Of a stretch of DNA of 64,000 nucleotides, positions 9,315 to 20,098 are shown one piece after another. Below the pieces are notes generated by a model that saw only the letters and a program-made list of their open reading frames with translations, was not told where the DNA came from and did no database searches. The position numbers and the translations under genes are program-made. How positions within the stretch are numbered: the stretch's first letter is position 1; every line of letters begins with the position of its first letter. The DNA is from an uncultured Thermoleophilia bacterium (GTDB taxonomy: Bacteria > Actinomycetota > Thermoleophilia > Gaiellales > Gaiellaceae): positions 405,338 to 469,337 of the forward strand of contig CAVSIO010000002.1 in assembly GCA_963728095.1 (NCBI GenBank). Direction: 5' to 3'.

Positions 9315-11195
9315 GCGGCGCGGGCGAGCGCCGGTTCGCCGGCGAGGAGCCCGCGGAAGCGCTCCGACTCGAGCAGGTGTCGCCGGCCGAGCCCGGCCTC
9401 CTCGATCTCGAGCTGGGCGAAGACCGTGACCGCGTCGGGATGCCGCGTCTCGGCGGGCTTGCGGTACTCGTCGACGAGCCAGTCGCGCAGCTCGTCGAAG
9501 CGCTCGTCGGCCGCGAAGACGCGACGGACGACGAGCTGCGGCGAGACCGTTCCGTTCCAGCGGTTCTCCTCGAGCCGGAAGGCGACGTCGTAGCGCCCCT
9601 CGCGGCGGTACGAGTCGAGCCGCCCGCCGAGGCCGAAGGCGATCGCGCTGCCCGCGTCCGCGCCGTCCAGGCGGACGCGGAAGCGGAGATGCTTGCCCTC
9701 GCCCACCGTGGCGAGGTCGACCGAGCTCGCAGCCGGCCGCGAGCAGAAGGACGCCAGGGTTGCCGAGCCCGAAGGGAGCGAGGCGCGCGAGCTCGGCGCA
9801 GAGGTCGAGCGTCAGGCGCTGCCCGCGCGGGACGATCGCGTCCACGTGCGTCACCGGCCGGAGATCGTCCTCGACGAGCAGGCCGGCGGCGTGCGCGGCG
9901 AACGCCTCGGCGAACGCCTCGACGCTCTCCGGCGCGATCGCGAGCCCGGCGGCGGCGCGATGGCCGCCCCAGCGGCCGAGCAGCGAGGCGCACGCGGCGA
10001 GGCCCCCGTGCAGGTCGAAGGACGGAATCGAGCGCCCCGAGCCCTTCCACTCCCCCTCCCCGCCCGCGATCAGCACGACCGGCCGGTTGTAGCGCTCGAC
10101 GAGCCGCGACGCGACGATGCCGATCACGCCCTCGTGCCAGTCGGCGCCCGCGACGACGTAGGCGGAGTTGCGGCGCTTCGCCTCCGGCCACTTCTCGACC
10201 TGCGCGATCGCCTCGCGCAGGATCCGGCCCTCCACCGCCTGCCGCTCGCGGTTCAGCTCCTCGAGCGAGTCGGCCAGCCGGCGCGCGTCGTCGCGGTCCT
10301 CCGTGAGCAGGAGCTCGAGCGCCGCACGCGGGTGTCCGAGCCGCCCCGCGGCGTTGATCCTCGGCCCGAGCCGGAAGCCGACCGCTCCCGCGTCGACGGC
10401 GGCCGGGTCGACGCCGGCGGAGCGCATCAGCGCCTGCAGGCCCGGCTTCTGCGTCCGCGCGAGCGAGCGCAGTCCGGCGATCGCGAGCGAGCGGTTCTCG
10501 TCGAGCAGCGGCACGACGTCGGCGATCGTCGCGAGCGCGACGAGGTCGAGGTGACGCTTCGGGATCTCCGAGTCGACGCCGAAGAGCGCCTGGCCGAGCT
10601 TGTGCACGACGCCGGTGCCGCAGAGCTCGGGGAAGGGGTACTCGGACGGCCGCGTGGCCACGATCGGGCAGTCCGGCAGGGTCTCGCCCGGGCGGTGGTG
10701 GTCGGTGACGATCACCTCCAGGCCCCGCTCGGTCGCCTCGGCGACCTCGGCGGCGGCGGTGATCCCGCAGTCGACCGTGAGCACGAGCCCCACGCCCTCG
10801 TCGGCGAGGCGGGCGAGCGTCTCGCTGCGGATGCCGTAGCCCTCGTCGAAGCGGCTCGGCAGGTGCCAGGCGACGTCGGCGCCGAGCTCGCGCAGGAGCA
10901 GGACGGCGAGCGTCGTCGCGGCGATCCCGTCGACGTCGTAGTCGCCGTGCACGCAGATCCGGCGCCCCTCGGCGACCGCGGCGCGGATCCGCTCGCACGC
11001 GAGCGTCATGTCGCCGAGCAGGAAGGGGTCGTGCGGCGGCTGCTCGCCGTCGAGGAACGCGCGCGCCCGGGCGGGGTCGTCGTAGCCCCGCCGGACGAGG
11101 ACGGAGGCCGTCAGCTCGCTGATTCCGAGCTCGCGGACAAGCTCCGCCTGCGCCGCATGGGAGCACGAATCGATCGTCCAGGTGCCGTCGTGCAT
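9311..11195 (-). CDS. recJ: Single-stranded-DNA-specific exonuclease RecJ, one frame break near 9710
   Basis: MHDGTWTIDS... DHH motifs: ICVHGDYDVDGIAATT, VLTVDCG, VIVTDHH. DHHA1 motif: GGHRAAAG. The C-terminal OB-fold part lies in ORF 9311..9706. Confidence 0.9.
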
Positions 11196-11428
11196 CGTGC
11201 GCCCACGCTACGGGCAGGCCCGGACGGCAATCGGTCTCGGGGCCTGTCCGTAAGGGTCCTTGTGGACGCATTGCCAGCCTCTCGTGACGAAGCTGCGACC
11301 CCGGCGTGACGCTTTCCGGCGCACACTTGCGGCACTCCCCTGGGCGGGCGGGGGTTAGGGACGGAGAAGATAAGGAGAAGGCGACGCCGGGCCCGACACG
11401 CCGGTACGCGTCGTATTCTCCGCCTGGG

Positions 11429-12400
11429 GTGCTCGCGTTTTTCGTCCGCCGGGTGCTGCTCGGGTCCGTGGTCGTGGCCGCGGTCTCGTTCGTCTCGTGG
11501 GCGTTCTTCGCAACGGCCGCGAGCCCGATCTGGGGCTTCTATGCGAGCCCGAACGACCCCAAGGTGATCGAGATCGCCCGGCGTGCGCACCTGCACGACC
11601 CGCTGCTCACGCGTTACTGGCTCTGGGTGAAGGGGCTCTTCACCGGGCAGGGCTTCGGGCGCACCGCGGTCGACGACGTCCCGGTCGGCAAGGTCGTCTG
11701 GCCGGCGCTTCGCATCTCGCTCGAGCTGATCGGCGCCTCCCTGCTCGTCGTCGTCGTGCTCAGCCTCCTGCTCGGCGCCCTCGCCGCGCGCCGGCGGCGC
11801 TCGCCGCTCACGCTCGGCCTGCGCGGCATGTCGTACGTGGCCTGGTCGGTCCCGGCGTTCCTGCTGGCCGAGCTCGCGCTCCAGGGCGTCGTCCGGGTCG
11901 GCCCGGCGTGGCACCTCCACCTCGCACTCGGCGGGCCGCCGACGCCGGGCCTCGGCTGGAGCCCGCACGCGGTCGGCGACTGGTTCTCGCACATGACGCT
12001 GCCGGTGCTCGTCGTCGCCGCCGGGCTGGTCGCCGCGTACAGCCGCTACGTGCGCTCGGCGATGCTCGGCGCGCTCGCGGCCCCGTACACGACCGTCGCC
12101 CGCGCGAAGGGGCTGCCCGAGCGCAGCGTCGTCCTCCGCCACGCTCTGCGCAACTCGCTCGGGCCGTTCGTCGCCGTGCTCTCGCTCGACTTCGGCGCCG
12201 TCTTCACCGCCTCGCTCGCCGCCGACTGGGTCTTTCAGCTGCACGGGCTCGCCTCCGTCTTCCTCGGCCAGATCGCGAACACCTCCGACCCGTTCGTGAT
12301 CCAGGCAGAGCTCGTGCTCGTCTCCGTGTTCGTCGTCGTCGCGAACCTCGCCGGCGATCTCGCCGGCGCGTGGCTCGACCCGCGCGCGCGGGTGACCTGA
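11429..12400 (+). CDS. ABC transporter permease, DppB/OppB-like (binding-protein-dependent family)
   Basis: GTG at 11429 (VLAFFVRRVLLGSVVV). EAA-loop region YTTVARAKGLPERSVVLRHALRNSLGP. C-terminus GDLAGAWLDPRARVT. Intact. Confidence 0.8.
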   Translation: MLAFFVRRVLLGSVVVAAVSFVSWAFFATAASPIWGFYASPNDPKVIEIARRAHLHDPLLTRYWLWVKGLFTGQGFGRTAVDDVPVGKVVWPALRISLELIGASLLVVVVLSLLLGALAARRRRSPLTLGLRGMSYVAWSVPAFLLAELALQGVVRVGPAWHLHLALGGPPTPGLGWSPHAVGDWFSHMTLPVLVVAAGLVAAYSRYVRSAMLGALAAPYTTVARAKGLPERSVVLRHALRNSLGPFVAVLSLDFGAVFTASLAADWVFQLHGLASVFLGQIANTSDPFVIQAELVLVSVFVVVANLAGDLAGAWLDPRARVT

Positions 12401-12405
12401 CGCGG

Positions 12406-13338
12406 TCAGGTCGCCGTCGCGGCGAGGGCGTCGTCGAGGCTGTCGCCGACGACGTTGAAGCAGAGCAGGAGCAGGACGAGCACAAGCGCCGGAAAGGCCC
12501 AGACCCACCAGCCCCGGGGCCCGTTGAAGAGGCCGTAGCGGGCGCCGTCCGCGACGAGGTTCCCCAGGGTCGGCCCGGAGATCTGCTGGGTGCCGAAGTT
12601 GAAGAAGTCGACGGTCGACTCGAGCGTGACGGCGATCCCCATCACCGAGGTGGCGGCGACCACGATCGCGCCCGACGTGTTCGGGAGCAGGTGCCGGAGC
12701 ACGACGCGCGGCGCCGAGGCTCCGGCCGCGTGAGCCGCCTCGACGTATTCGAGCTCGCGCAGGGACGCGACGCTCGCCCGCACCACGCGGGCGACGAGCG
12801 GCCACATCGTCAGCATCAGCACGTAGCCGATCTCGCGCGTCGAGAGCTGGTGGTGCTGGCGCGCGACCACGGCGAGGAGGATCGCGAGCGCCGGGATCGT
12901 GACGACGAGGTCGACGATTCGCATCAGGACGGCGTCGAGCCAGCCGCCGAGATAGCCGGCGACGGCCCCGACGAGCGTCCCGGCGACCGTCGCCACGGCG
13001 GCGACGGCGAGCGCGAGCAGCACCGAGACATGGAGCCCGTACAGCACCTGCGCGAAGACGTCGCGGCCGAGGTCGTCGGTGCCGAAGAAGTGCTCCCCCG
13101 CGAGACGCGGGCCGGACTTCTTGCCGATCAGGTCGAGCTTGAGCTGGCCCGACCAGTACGGGGTCAGGTGGGCCGCGAAGATGCCGGCGGCGATCAGCGC
13201 GACGAGCACGAGCAGCGCCAGGACTCCGAACGGCTGGCGCAGGTAGCGAAGCAGCGCGCGCCGCCACGGGCCACGCGAACGGATCCGCGCCTGCGCCGCA
13301 GGCTCGCCCGCTGCCGCCGTCCCGACCCCGTCGCTCAT
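12406..13338 (-). CDS. ABC transporter permease, DppC/OppC-like
   Basis: ATG at 13338 (MSDGVG...). Motifs FFGTDDLGRDVFAQVLYGL and YVEAAHAAGASAPRVVLRHLLPNTSG. Intact. It is convergent with the DppB-like gene across a 5-nt gap. Confidence 0.8.
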   Translation of the reverse strand: MSDGVGTAAAGEPAAQARIRSRGPWRRALLRYLRQPFGVLALLVLVALIAAGIFAAHLTPYWSGQLKLDLIGKKSGPRLAGEHFFGTDDLGRDVFAQVLYGLHVSVLLALAVAAVATVAGTLVGAVAGYLGGWLDAVLMRIVDLVVTIPALAILLAVVARQHHQLSTREIGYVLMLTMWPLVARVVRASVASLRELEYVEAAHAAGASAPRVVLRHLLPNTSGAIVVAATSVMGIAVTLESTVDFFNFGTQQISGPTLGNLVADGARYGLFNGPRGWWVWAFPALVLVLLLLCFNVVGDSLDDALAATAT

Positions 13339-13387
13339 GCCGTCGCTCGATCCTACGCCCGCCACCGGCAGGCGCGAGACTGCACGG

Positions 13388-14544
13388 GTGCCCGACGCCG
13401 ACGAGCTGCGCCGCGAGTTCCTGCTCGACCCTGAGGTGACGTTCCTCAACCACGGCTCGTTCGGGGCGTGTCCCCGACCGGTGTTCGAGCGCTACCAGGC
13501 GTGGCAGCGGGAGCTGGAGCGAGAGCCGGTGCAGTTCATCGCGCGCCGCCTGCCGGGGCTGCTGGCCGAGGCGCGCGGCGCGCTCGCCGCGTACGTCGGC
13601 GCGGAGCCGGGCGACCTGACGTTCGTCCCGAACGCGACGACGGGTGTGAACCTCGCCGCAGGGGCGCTCGGGCTGCGGCCCGGCGACGAGGTGCTGGCGA
13701 CGGAGCTCGAGTACGGCGCCTGCGACCTCGCCTGGGAGCGCGCGTGCGAGCGGGCGGGCGCCCGCTACGTCCGCGTGCCGATGCCGTTCCCGGTGCACGA
13801 CGTCGCGGAGCGGCTCCTCGCGCGCCGGACGGAACGCACGCGCGCCGTCTTCGTCAGCCACGTCACCTCGGAGACCGGGCTCGTCTTCCCGGTGGCCGAG
13901 ATCGTCTCCCGGGCGCGCGCCGACGGAATCGTCACCGTGGTGGACGGCGCGCACGCCCCGGCGCAGGTGCCGCTCGACATCGCAGCGCTCGGCGCGGACT
14001 TCTACGCGGGCAACTGCCACAAGTGGCTGTGCGCACCGAAGGGCTCGGGCTTCCTGCACGTGCGGCCCGAGCATCAGGAGCGGGTGGACGGGCCGATCGT
14101 GAGCTGGGGCTACCGGGGCGACGCGACCTTCCTCTCCCGGACGGAGCAGCAGGGAACGCGCGACCCGGCCGCCTACCTCGCCGTGCCGGAGGCGATCCGT
14201 TTCCAGGCGGAGCGGGACTGGGAGGCCGTGCGGAGCGCTGCCGCGCACTCGCCCGCGCCGCGAGGACGGAGCTGTGCGCGCTGGCGGGCTCCGAGCCGAT
14301 CGCGCCCGAGGCGATGGTGGCGCAGATGGCGAGCGTCGAGCTGCCGGCGTGCGACGGCGAGGAGCTGGAGCGCCGGCTGTTCGACGAGCACCGGATCGAG
14401 ATCCCGGCGAGCCGCCGCGAGCGGCCGCTGCTCCGGCTCTCGGTCGCGGCCTACACGCGGGAGGAGGACGTCCGGCGGCTGCTGGACGCCCTCCCCGCGC
14501 TGCTCAGTACTTCCCGCAGCCCTGGAGGGGCTCGAAGCCGGTGA
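13388..14544 (+). CDS. Class V aminotransferase (isopenicillin-N epimerase / cysteine desulfurase-like), one frame break near 14260
   Basis: DPEVTFLNHGSFGACP; FVSHVTSETGLVFP; GADFYAGNCHKWLCAPKGSGFLHV (PLP lysine). The C-terminal part lies in the ORF 13468..14544 frame. The start is either GTG 13388 or ATG 13337. Confidence 0.75.
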
Positions 14545-15121
14545 GCGGGCGCAGCTCGGCGCCGTTCGGGAGCGCGCCCTTGGTCGTGCGCACCGGATTC
14601 CAGTAGCCGACGCCGGTCAGCCGCGCCGTCGCTCCCAGGAACTGCCACTGCTTCGTCGCCGGCTGGCACGACGTCGTGAAGGTCTTGCGGGCGGCGAGGA
14701 TCTGCGCGCGGCCGCGCGTCTGCTTGCTCAGGCACTTCGGGTTGGGCAGGTAGGCGTTCATGTACGTCGACGAGCCGATGTCGTAGAGGACGAGCACGAT
14801 CTCGCCGTTCGACGCGATCCGGTAGCGGTCGATCACGGCGGTGAGCTGCCAGACGCGGCGCTGGAACGGGGTGCTCCGCTTCGTCGGTGTCCGTGCCGGC
14901 GAGGCGAGCTTCGCGATGTCGGCGATCGCGGTCTGGGCGGGCGACCAGGCGACGGATGAGCGGCCGGGATCGCTCAGCGTCATCAGCCGCCAGAGCGTGC
15001 CGCCGCACCAGGTGCCGGGGCCGGCGCCGTGCGCCACGACGGGTCCGGCCAGGACGACGGCGGTCGCGACCGCTCCTGTGAAGGCGGCGAGCGCGACACG
15101 GATTCGCTGCGGCTCGTTCAT
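14504..15121 (-). CDS. Secreted hypothetical protein (signal peptide, Cys-containing)
   Basis: ATG at 15121. MNEPQRIRVALAAFTGAVATAVVLAGPVVAHG is a typical Sec signal. No family recognised. Its 3' end overlaps the aminotransferase 3' end by about 40 nt. Confidence 0.55.
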   Translation of the reverse strand: MNEPQRIRVALAAFTGAVATAVVLAGPVVAHGAGPGTWCGGTLWRLMTLSDPGRSSVAWSPAQTAIADIAKLASPARTPTKRSTPFQRRVWQLTAVIDRYRIASNGEIVLVLYDIGSSTYMNAYLPNPKCLSKQTRGRAQILAARKTFTTSCQPATKQWQFLGATARLTGVGYWNPVRTTKGALPNGAELRPLTGFEPLQGCGKY

Positions 15122-15203
15122 CGTTCGGAACCTCCGGGTCGAGACGAAGCCGCAGCATCCTCTTGATCGACCCACGGGACGGGCTGGAACAGCCCCGAAC
15201 GAG

Positions 15204-15487
15204 CTATCCCTCGCGGGGCAGCTCGACGCCGAGCACGTCAGCAGCACGAGCAGCGCGAGGCCGGCGAGCCAGAGCGCGAGCACGAGCCGCGGCCGCCGGC
15301 TCTCGCGCAGCGACTGGGCGGCGACCTTGCCCCAGAGGATCACGAGGCCGACCGCCGCCGCGCCGCCGACGACGATCACGGGCGCGAGGTAGACCGCCTT
15401 CTCGAGCGGCCACGCCATGAGCCAGGCGGTGAAGGCGACGAGCGCCAGCACCGCCGCCAGTGCGGCCGGGATCCGGAGCGTGCGCAC
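15204..15487 (-). CDS. Small hydrophobic (about 3 TM) protein, end uncertain
   Basis: GTG at 15487. VRTLRIPAALAAVLALVAFTAWLMAWPLEKAVYLAPVIVVGGAAAVGLVILWG...LALWLAGLALLVLL. The stop at 15204 is reached only after one frame change. Confidence 0.3.
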
Positions 15488-15546
15488 ACGGCCACTGTAG
15501 TGCCTCTCGGGGTGAGGTTGCCCGTCTGGGCGGATACCCTTCGCCC

Positions 15547-16009
15547 GTGGACGCGGAGGCGAACTACCAGCTCCGGGGACGACTACGTCGTCGAGTTCCT
15601 CGGTTACCGCTTCGGCTTCAGCGCCTTCGACTTCGAGCAGCGAGTGACGGCAGCCGCCGTCAAGCTCGGCCTCCTCGCGGGGAACGAGCTCGACGACGAC
15701 GAGACGGCCGACCTGGTCGAGCTCGTGGAGCGGGACGTGATCGAGGAGCCCCGCAGCGCGCTCGGCCGCTACCTCGTTCGCCACTGGGAGCGAGATCTCC
15801 CTCGTCGACGGCGAGTCGCTCGTCTACTGGCTGAAGAAGCTCGTCTTCCGCGGCGCGTGGCTCGACCACCGCGTCAAGGAGGGGCTGCTCGAGGTCGGCT
15901 GGGACGACGACCGCGGCCGAGTTCTCCTACCGCGACCCGCGACGGCGGGCGCGCCCTGCTCGAGCTGCTGCCGACCCCGAGCTGGCACGAGCTCCAGTAC
16001 CGCCGGTGA
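15547..16009 (+). CDS. Hypothetical protein, about 3 frame breaks
   Basis: GTG at 15547. The pieces VDAEANYQL / GDDYVVEFLGYRFGFSAFDFEQRVTAAAVKLGLLAGNELDDDE...RYLVRHWERD / SLVYWLKKLVFRGAWLDHRVKEGLLEVGWDDD / [17 protein letters not shown] are spread over three frames. Confidence 0.4.
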
Positions 16010-16702
16010 GCGGCGTCCCGCGCTGGTACGCGGCGGCCGGGCCGGCGTATCTCGCCGCGCTGCTCGCGATCGACACGCAGGTCGGGCTGCGGAGCAGCTC
16101 GCGCTCGGCGGCGCTGACCTGGCTCGTCCTGCTCGCGGCGCTGCCGGCCGCTGCCGCGCGCTCGCGCGCGCACAGGCGCTCGGCGTCGTCGCTGTTCGCG
16201 ACCGTCGGCGAGGTGACCGGCTCGCTCGTCTGGGGCGTCTACCACTACCGGCTGCACAACCTGCCGCTCTTCATCCCGCCGGCGCACGGGCTCGTCTACC
16301 TGAGCGGCGTCGCGCTGCGCCGGCTCGTCGCGCGAGCGGCCGCTCGTGTCGCGGCGGCGCTCGCGGCCGCTCGCCTGGGGGCTCGCGGCCTGACCGTCCT
16401 GCCGCGGCTCGACGCCGCCGGCGCGGTCGGCGTGCCGCTGCTCTGCCTCTTCCTCTGGCGCTCGCGGTTTCGGGCCGCCTACGCGGGCGTCTTCCTCGTC
16501 GTCGGCGGCGCTCGAGCTGTACGGGACGTCGATCGGGACCTGGCGCTGGGCGGCGGAGCTGCCCGGGCTGGGGATCCCGGACGGGAATCCGCCGAGCGGC
16601 GCCGCGAGCGGCTACGTCTGGTTCGACGTGATGGCGCTGCTCGTCGCGCCGTGGCTCGTGGCGGCCGGGCGGCGGGTGCGCGCAATGCCGGCGCCGGCCT
16701 AG
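16006..16702 (+). CDS. Integral membrane protein of unknown function, frame broken
   Basis: GTG at 16006 overlaps the preceding stop (GTGA). Hydrophobic segments [31 protein letters not shown]. The tail [50 protein letters not shown] lies in another frame. Stop is TAG 16700-16702. Confidence 0.45.
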
Positions 16703-17028
16703 GCGCCGGTCTGCGGCACCGCGAAGCCGAAGCGGGCGACCCGCTCCTCCGGCGCCTTGCGCAGCTCGATCCGGCGGATCGACCCGATCGGGACGATCAG
16801 CGCGTCCGGATCGTCGTCGCGGGGCTCGCGAACGTAGAGCGTGACCATCCCGAAGCCCGGCTCGGGCTCGATCCGGTCGAGCACGAAGCGGGACGTGTCG
16901 GCGAGCTCGATCTCGACGACGGGCTTCTCGACGCCTTCCGACTGCGCGAAGCGGGCGATCGTCCGGTGGAGCCGCTCGACGAACGCCTCGTGCGGCCCCT
17001 CGACGACAGGTGTCCAGAGCTCGGGCAC
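16699..17028 (-). CDS. Conserved-looking hypothetical protein (109 aa)
   Basis: GTG at 17028. [66 protein letters not shown]... Uninterrupted. Its stop shares the palindrome CCTAGG with the convergent gene. Confidence 0.5.
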   Translation of the reverse strand: MPELWTPVVEGPHEAFVERLHRTIARFAQSEGVEKPVVEIELADTSRFVLDRIEPEPGFGMVTLYVREPRDDDPDALIVPIGSIRRIELRKAPEERVARFGFAVPQTGA

Positions 17029-17057
17029 GCGCTGAGCGTACCGCCTGACGGTTCGGT

Positions 17058-17089
17058 GATCGCGGTGGCCACGCCACGCCACCGCGATC
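17058..17089 (-). terminator. Strong hairpin downstream of ruvB (12-bp stem GATCGCGGTGGC / GCCACCGCGATC, 8-nt loop)
   Basis: A perfect inverted repeat read directly from the sequence. It is followed by a second small hairpin, CCCTG-CATA-CAGGG, at 17091-17104. There is no clear T tract. Confidence 0.4.
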
Positions 17090-17210
17090 TCCCTGCATAC
17101 AGGGCTTTCGGACGGTGGCGACGCCACGCCACGCCACGCCACTCGGCCTAGGGGGCCAGCCGCGCGCAGAGCTCTTCTTCGCGCAGGAAAGCGACGCGGT
17201 GCGAGGAGGA

Positions 17211-18228
17211 TCAGAAGAGCCGGCTGTCCGGCTCCGGCGCGGCGCCGAGGTGCGCGCGGCCGAGCTTCGTGACCGTGCGGCCGCGCGGGGTGCGCTGGAT
17301 GAAGCCGAGCTGGAGCAGGTAGGGCTCGTAGACGTACTCGATCGTCTCCGGCTCCTCGCCGAGCGAGGCGGCGAGGGTGTTGACGCCGACCGGGCCGCCG
17401 TCGAACTTCTCGACGATCGTGCGCAGGAGCGCGCGGTCGAGCCGCTCGAGCCCCGCCTCGTCGACCTCGAGCAGCGCGAGCGCCTCGCGCGCGATCGGGC
17501 ATCGTGATCGAGCCGCTGTGGCGTACCTCGGCGACGTCGCGGACGCGGCGCAGGATCCGGTTCGCGATCCGCGGCGTGCCGCGCGAGCGGCCCGCGATCT
17601 CGTCGGCCGCGTCCGGACGGCGACGTCGACGCCGAGGATCCGCGCCGACCGCGTGACGATCGCCGACAGCTCGGCCGGCTCGTAGTAGTCGAGCCGGAAG
17701 GTCATCCCGAAACGGTCGCGCAGCGGCGAGGTCAGGAGGCCCGGTGCGAGTCGTCGCGCCGACGAGCGTGAACGGCGGCAGGTCGAGCGTGAGCGTCCGC
17801 GCCGCCGCGCCCTGACCCATCACGATGTCGAGCCGGAAGTCCTCGAGCGCCGGGTAGAGGATCTCCTCGGCGGCGCGGCTCATCCGGTGGATCTCGTCCA
17901 CGAAGACGACGTCGCGCTCCTCGATCGAGGTGAGGATCGCGGCCACGTCCTTCCGCTCGAGCGCCGGCCCGGCGACCGAGCGGAGACCGACGCCGAGCTC
18001 CTCGCGGACGATGTGCGCGAGGCTCGTCTTGCCGAGCCCCGGCGGGCCGACGAGCAGGACGTGGTCGAGCGCCTCGCCGCGCGCCTTCGCTGCGGTGAGC
18101 GCGATCCCGAGCTGCTCCTTCACGCGCTCCTGGCCGACGAAGTCGTCGAGCCGGCGCGGGCGGAGGCTCTGCTCGAGCTCCTCGTCCTCCTCCTGGATCT
18201 GCGGCGCCAGAAACGGGGCCGAGCTCAT
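17211..18228 (-). CDS. ruvB: Holliday junction branch migration helicase RuvB, at least 2 frame breaks
   Basis: ATG at 18228. [19 protein letters not shown]; Walker [15 protein letters not shown]; Walker [10 protein letters not shown]. The C-terminal winged helix [17 protein letters not shown] lies in ORF 17211..17705. Confidence 0.92.
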
Positions 18229-18795
18229 GCCGCCACCTTCAGCGCGTGCCGGACGCGCTCCTCCGGCGGCAGATCGGGATCGGTCTCGGCGAGCGCGCGC
18301 TCCGCGTCGGCGATCGTGTAGCCGAGCTCGACGAGCGCGTCGCGCGCGACGACGTGCGCGTCGTCCGAAGGCGTCGCGACGAGCCCGGTGACGCCGTCGG
18401 CGAGCTTCTCCTTCAGCTCGAGCACGATCCGCTCGGCCGTCTTCTTGCCGATGCCGGGGATCGCCTGGAAGCGCGCCGCGTCCTCGCGCACGATCGCGCG
18501 CCGCAGCTCCGCCGGCGGCGAGCCGGAGACGATCGCGAGCGCGACCTTCGGGCCGACGCCGTTCACGGTCAGCAGCTGTGTGAACAGCTCGCGCTCGGCG
18601 CGGTCGGCGAAGCCGTAGAGCTGGAGCGCGTCCTCGCGGACGTGAAGGTACGTCTCGACGGTCGACCTCCTGCGCGCCGTCCGCCTTGCGCACCGCCGAC
18701 GGAGTCGCCGCGACGAGATAGCCGACGCCGCCGACGTCGAGGACGAGCCCTTCGGGCGTCGAGGCGACGGGGGTGCCGCGCAGGCGCGCGATCAT
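18225..18795 (-). CDS. ruvA: Holliday junction DNA helicase RuvA, one frame break near 18660
   Basis: ATG at 18795 ([28 protein letters not shown]). The HhH part [14 protein letters not shown]...[17 protein letters not shown] lies in ORF 18225..18566. ATGA overlaps link it to both ruvC and ruvB. Confidence 0.9.
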
Positions 18796-19280
18796 CCGGC
18801 CAGCCTCAGCAGCGGCGGCGCGAGCGCGTGGCAGATGGCGACCGCGAGCGCGTCGGCGGCGTGGTTCGGGGTCGGCAGCTCGCTCAGGCCGAGGATCGCC
18901 TTCACCATCCGCTGCACCTGCGCCTTCTCGGCGCGCCCGTAGCCGCAGACCGCCTGCTTCACGCTGGCCGGCGCGTACTCGGTGCAGGCGACGCCCGCAT
19001 TGGCGGCCGCGACGAGCACGACGCCGCGCGCCTGCCCGACGGAGAGCGCGATGCGGGCGTCGGCGCCGACGTACGACTCCTCGAGCGCCACGGCATCCGG
19101 CTCGTGCTCCGCGATGAGCGCGGCCACCCCGTCGAAGATCGTCTTCAGACGCAACTCCTGGCGCTCTCCGGCGGCCGTCGACCAGCACCCGTGGCCGATG
19201 CCCTTGAGGCGCCCGCCGCTTTCGTGGACGATTCCGTACCCGCACGCCGCCGTCCCCGGATCGATGCCGACGACCTTCAC
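18792..19280 (-). CDS. ruvC: Crossover junction endodeoxyribonuclease RuvC, intact
   Basis: [18 protein letters not shown]...[10 protein letters not shown]...[14 protein letters not shown]...[13 protein letters not shown]. Confidence 0.93.
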   Translation of the reverse strand: MKVVGIDPGTAACGYGIVHESGGRLKGIGHGCWSTAAGERQELRLKTIFDGVAALIAEHEPDAVALEESYVGADARIALSVGQARGVVLVAAANAGVACTEYAPASVKQAVCGYGRAEKAQVQRMVKAILGLSELPTPNHAADALAVAICHALAPPLLRLAG

Positions 19281-19342
19281 GCCGAGACGTTAGGCGCCGG
19301 GTCGGACGACTCCTCCCCCGCCTCGCACGTAACAGTCTGTTA

Positions 19343-20098
19343 CTAGCCGGCGACGGCCTCGAGCACGCGCTCGGGGATGTCGAAGTTCGCGTAGACGTCC
19401 TGGACGTCGTCGTTGTCCTCGAGCTGGTCGATCAGGCGGAGCACCTTCTTCGCGTCGCTCTCGTCCTCGACCTCGACGGTCGTCTTCGGCACCATCGTCA
19501 GCTCGGCGGAGTCGATCGCGAAGCCGGCCGCCTCGACCGCCTCCCGCACCGAGGCGAGCTGCTCCGGGGCCGAAGTGACGACGAAGCTCGAGCCGTCCGC
19601 CGAGACGTCGTCCGCGCCGCCCTCAGCCGCCGCCAGCACCAGCTCGTCTTCGTCGGAGCCCTCGACCGGGACGATCACGACGCCGCGCCGCTCGAACAGC
19701 CACGCGACGACGCCCGAGCTGCCGAGATTGCCGTCGTTCTTCGCGAAGGTGTGCCGCACCTCGCTCGCCGTGCGGTTGCGGTTGTCGGTCAGCGCCTCGA
19801 CGATCACGGCGACGCCGCTCGGGCCGTAGCCCTCGTAGACGATCGCCTCGTACGCCTCCGAGTCGCGTCGGTCGCCCGCGCCCTTCGCGATCGCGCGGTC
19901 GATGTTGTCCTTCGGCATCGAGTACGAGCGCGCCTTCTCGATCGCGTTCTGGAGCGCGAGGTTGGCGCCCGGGTCGGGGCCGCCCTCCTTCGCCGCGACG
20001 ATGATCGCGCGCGTCAGCTTCGAGAAGAGCTTGCCGCGCTTCGCGTCGGCGGCGCCCTTCTTGTGCTTGATCGTCGACCACTTGCTATGCCCGGACAC
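19343..20098 (-). CDS. yebC: YebC/PmpR family DNA-binding transcriptional regulator, intact
   Basis: [32 protein letters not shown]...[23 protein letters not shown]. Confidence 0.93.
   Translation of the reverse strand: MSGHSKWSTIKHKKGAADAKRGKLFSKLTRAIIVAAKEGGPDPGANLALQNAIEKARSYSMPKDNIDRAIAKGAGDRRDSEAYEAIVYEGYGPSGVAVIVEALTDNRNRTASEVRHTFAKNDGNLGSSGVVAWLFERRGVVIVPVEGSDEDELVLAAAEGGADDVSADGSSFVVTSAPEQLASVREAVEAAGFAIDSAELTMVPKTTVEVEDESDAKKVLRLIDQLEDNDDVQDVYANFDIPERVLEAVAG

Noticed and set aside
16699-19245. Single 848-aa minus-strand ORF spanning ruvA, ruvB and the downstream gene
   Set aside because: It is a read-through artefact: stop codons are rare at this GC content. Only segments of it carry RuvA, RuvB or hypothetical-protein sequence, and the rest is out-of-frame filler. 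It was split into three genes.
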